A stretch of 64,000 nt of DNA from a virus, in IMG/VR virus record IMGVR_UViG_3300045988_158809; one strand, 5' to 3'. The translations under genes were made by a program, and so were the position numbers. Positions within the stretch are counted from its first letter, which is position 1. Every line of letters begins with the position of its first letter. Of this stretch, positions 63,888 through 64,000 are shown piece after piece. The notes beneath the pieces were generated by a model. That model saw only the letters and a list, made by a program, of their open reading frames with translations. It was not told the origin of the DNA and did no database searches.

Positions 63888-64000
63888 GCTTTTATAAACT
63901 ACAACTCCCCCCACCCTGATTGCAGGACTTGAACTCCTCGGTTTCCGTCGCAGCCTGATAGACGATTTCAAGGGAGAGATTACAGTGATAACCGACGGAG

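Noticed and set aside
1-64000. Stop-codon reassignment (TAG or TGA recoding), as seen in some gut phages.
   Set aside because: Late and early genes form long uninterrupted ORFs under the standard code. There are no clusters of in-frame TAG or TGA. The only break (46900-46918) is explained by a homopolymer frameshift.
1-64000. Diversity-generating retroelement or integrase-based lysogeny module.
   Set aside because: No reverse transcriptase, TR/VR repeat pair, integrase or excisionase motif was recognised. XRE-type HTH proteins alone are not evidence for lysogeny.

Overview
The window reads as a contiguous piece of a large double-stranded DNA tailed-phage genome. No rRNA, tRNA, CRISPR array, integrase or transposase was recognised. 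The host is probably Bacteroidales, for three reasons. There are several canonical Bacteroides-type promoters (TTTG, 19-20 nt, TAnnTTTG). There is a Bacteroidales-style HU-like protein. There is a fimbrillin-like lipoprotein. Layout: 0-25 kb holds the virion module (S49-type prohead protease fused to a scaffold domain, candidate major capsid protein, large terminase, candidate portal, tail and fibre proteins). 25.3-26.8 kb holds lysis genes (holin plus GH108 endolysin). 26.9-27.8 kb holds a reverse-strand lipoprotein moron. 28.05-28.35 kb is an anomalous G-rich, GC-rich non-coding island. 28.5-40.9 kb is an array of small accessory genes (J-domain, BRCT, XRE HTH, DenV-like). 41.0-44.5 kb is a reverse-strand plasmid-like replicon (HU, Rep, XRE) with two iteron arrays phased at 22 bp. 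45-57 kb holds many small ORFs, including a PAPS-reductase-family gene interrupted at a G9 tract. 57.5-64 kb holds zinc-ribbon/HTH paralogues, a DNA methyltransferase, a DUF4406-like protein and a radical-SAM protein. The most unusual signal is a conserved element of about 34 nt, CCTATGG-N8-12-AAATCACTG(A)T(n). It marks the 3' boundary of 11 consecutive gene units between 32.4 and 40.9 kb. It also occurs twice in frame inside the J-domain ORF. It is neither a hairpin terminator nor a host-type promoter. All functional calls rest on motifs read by eye and on gene position; no database search was possible.
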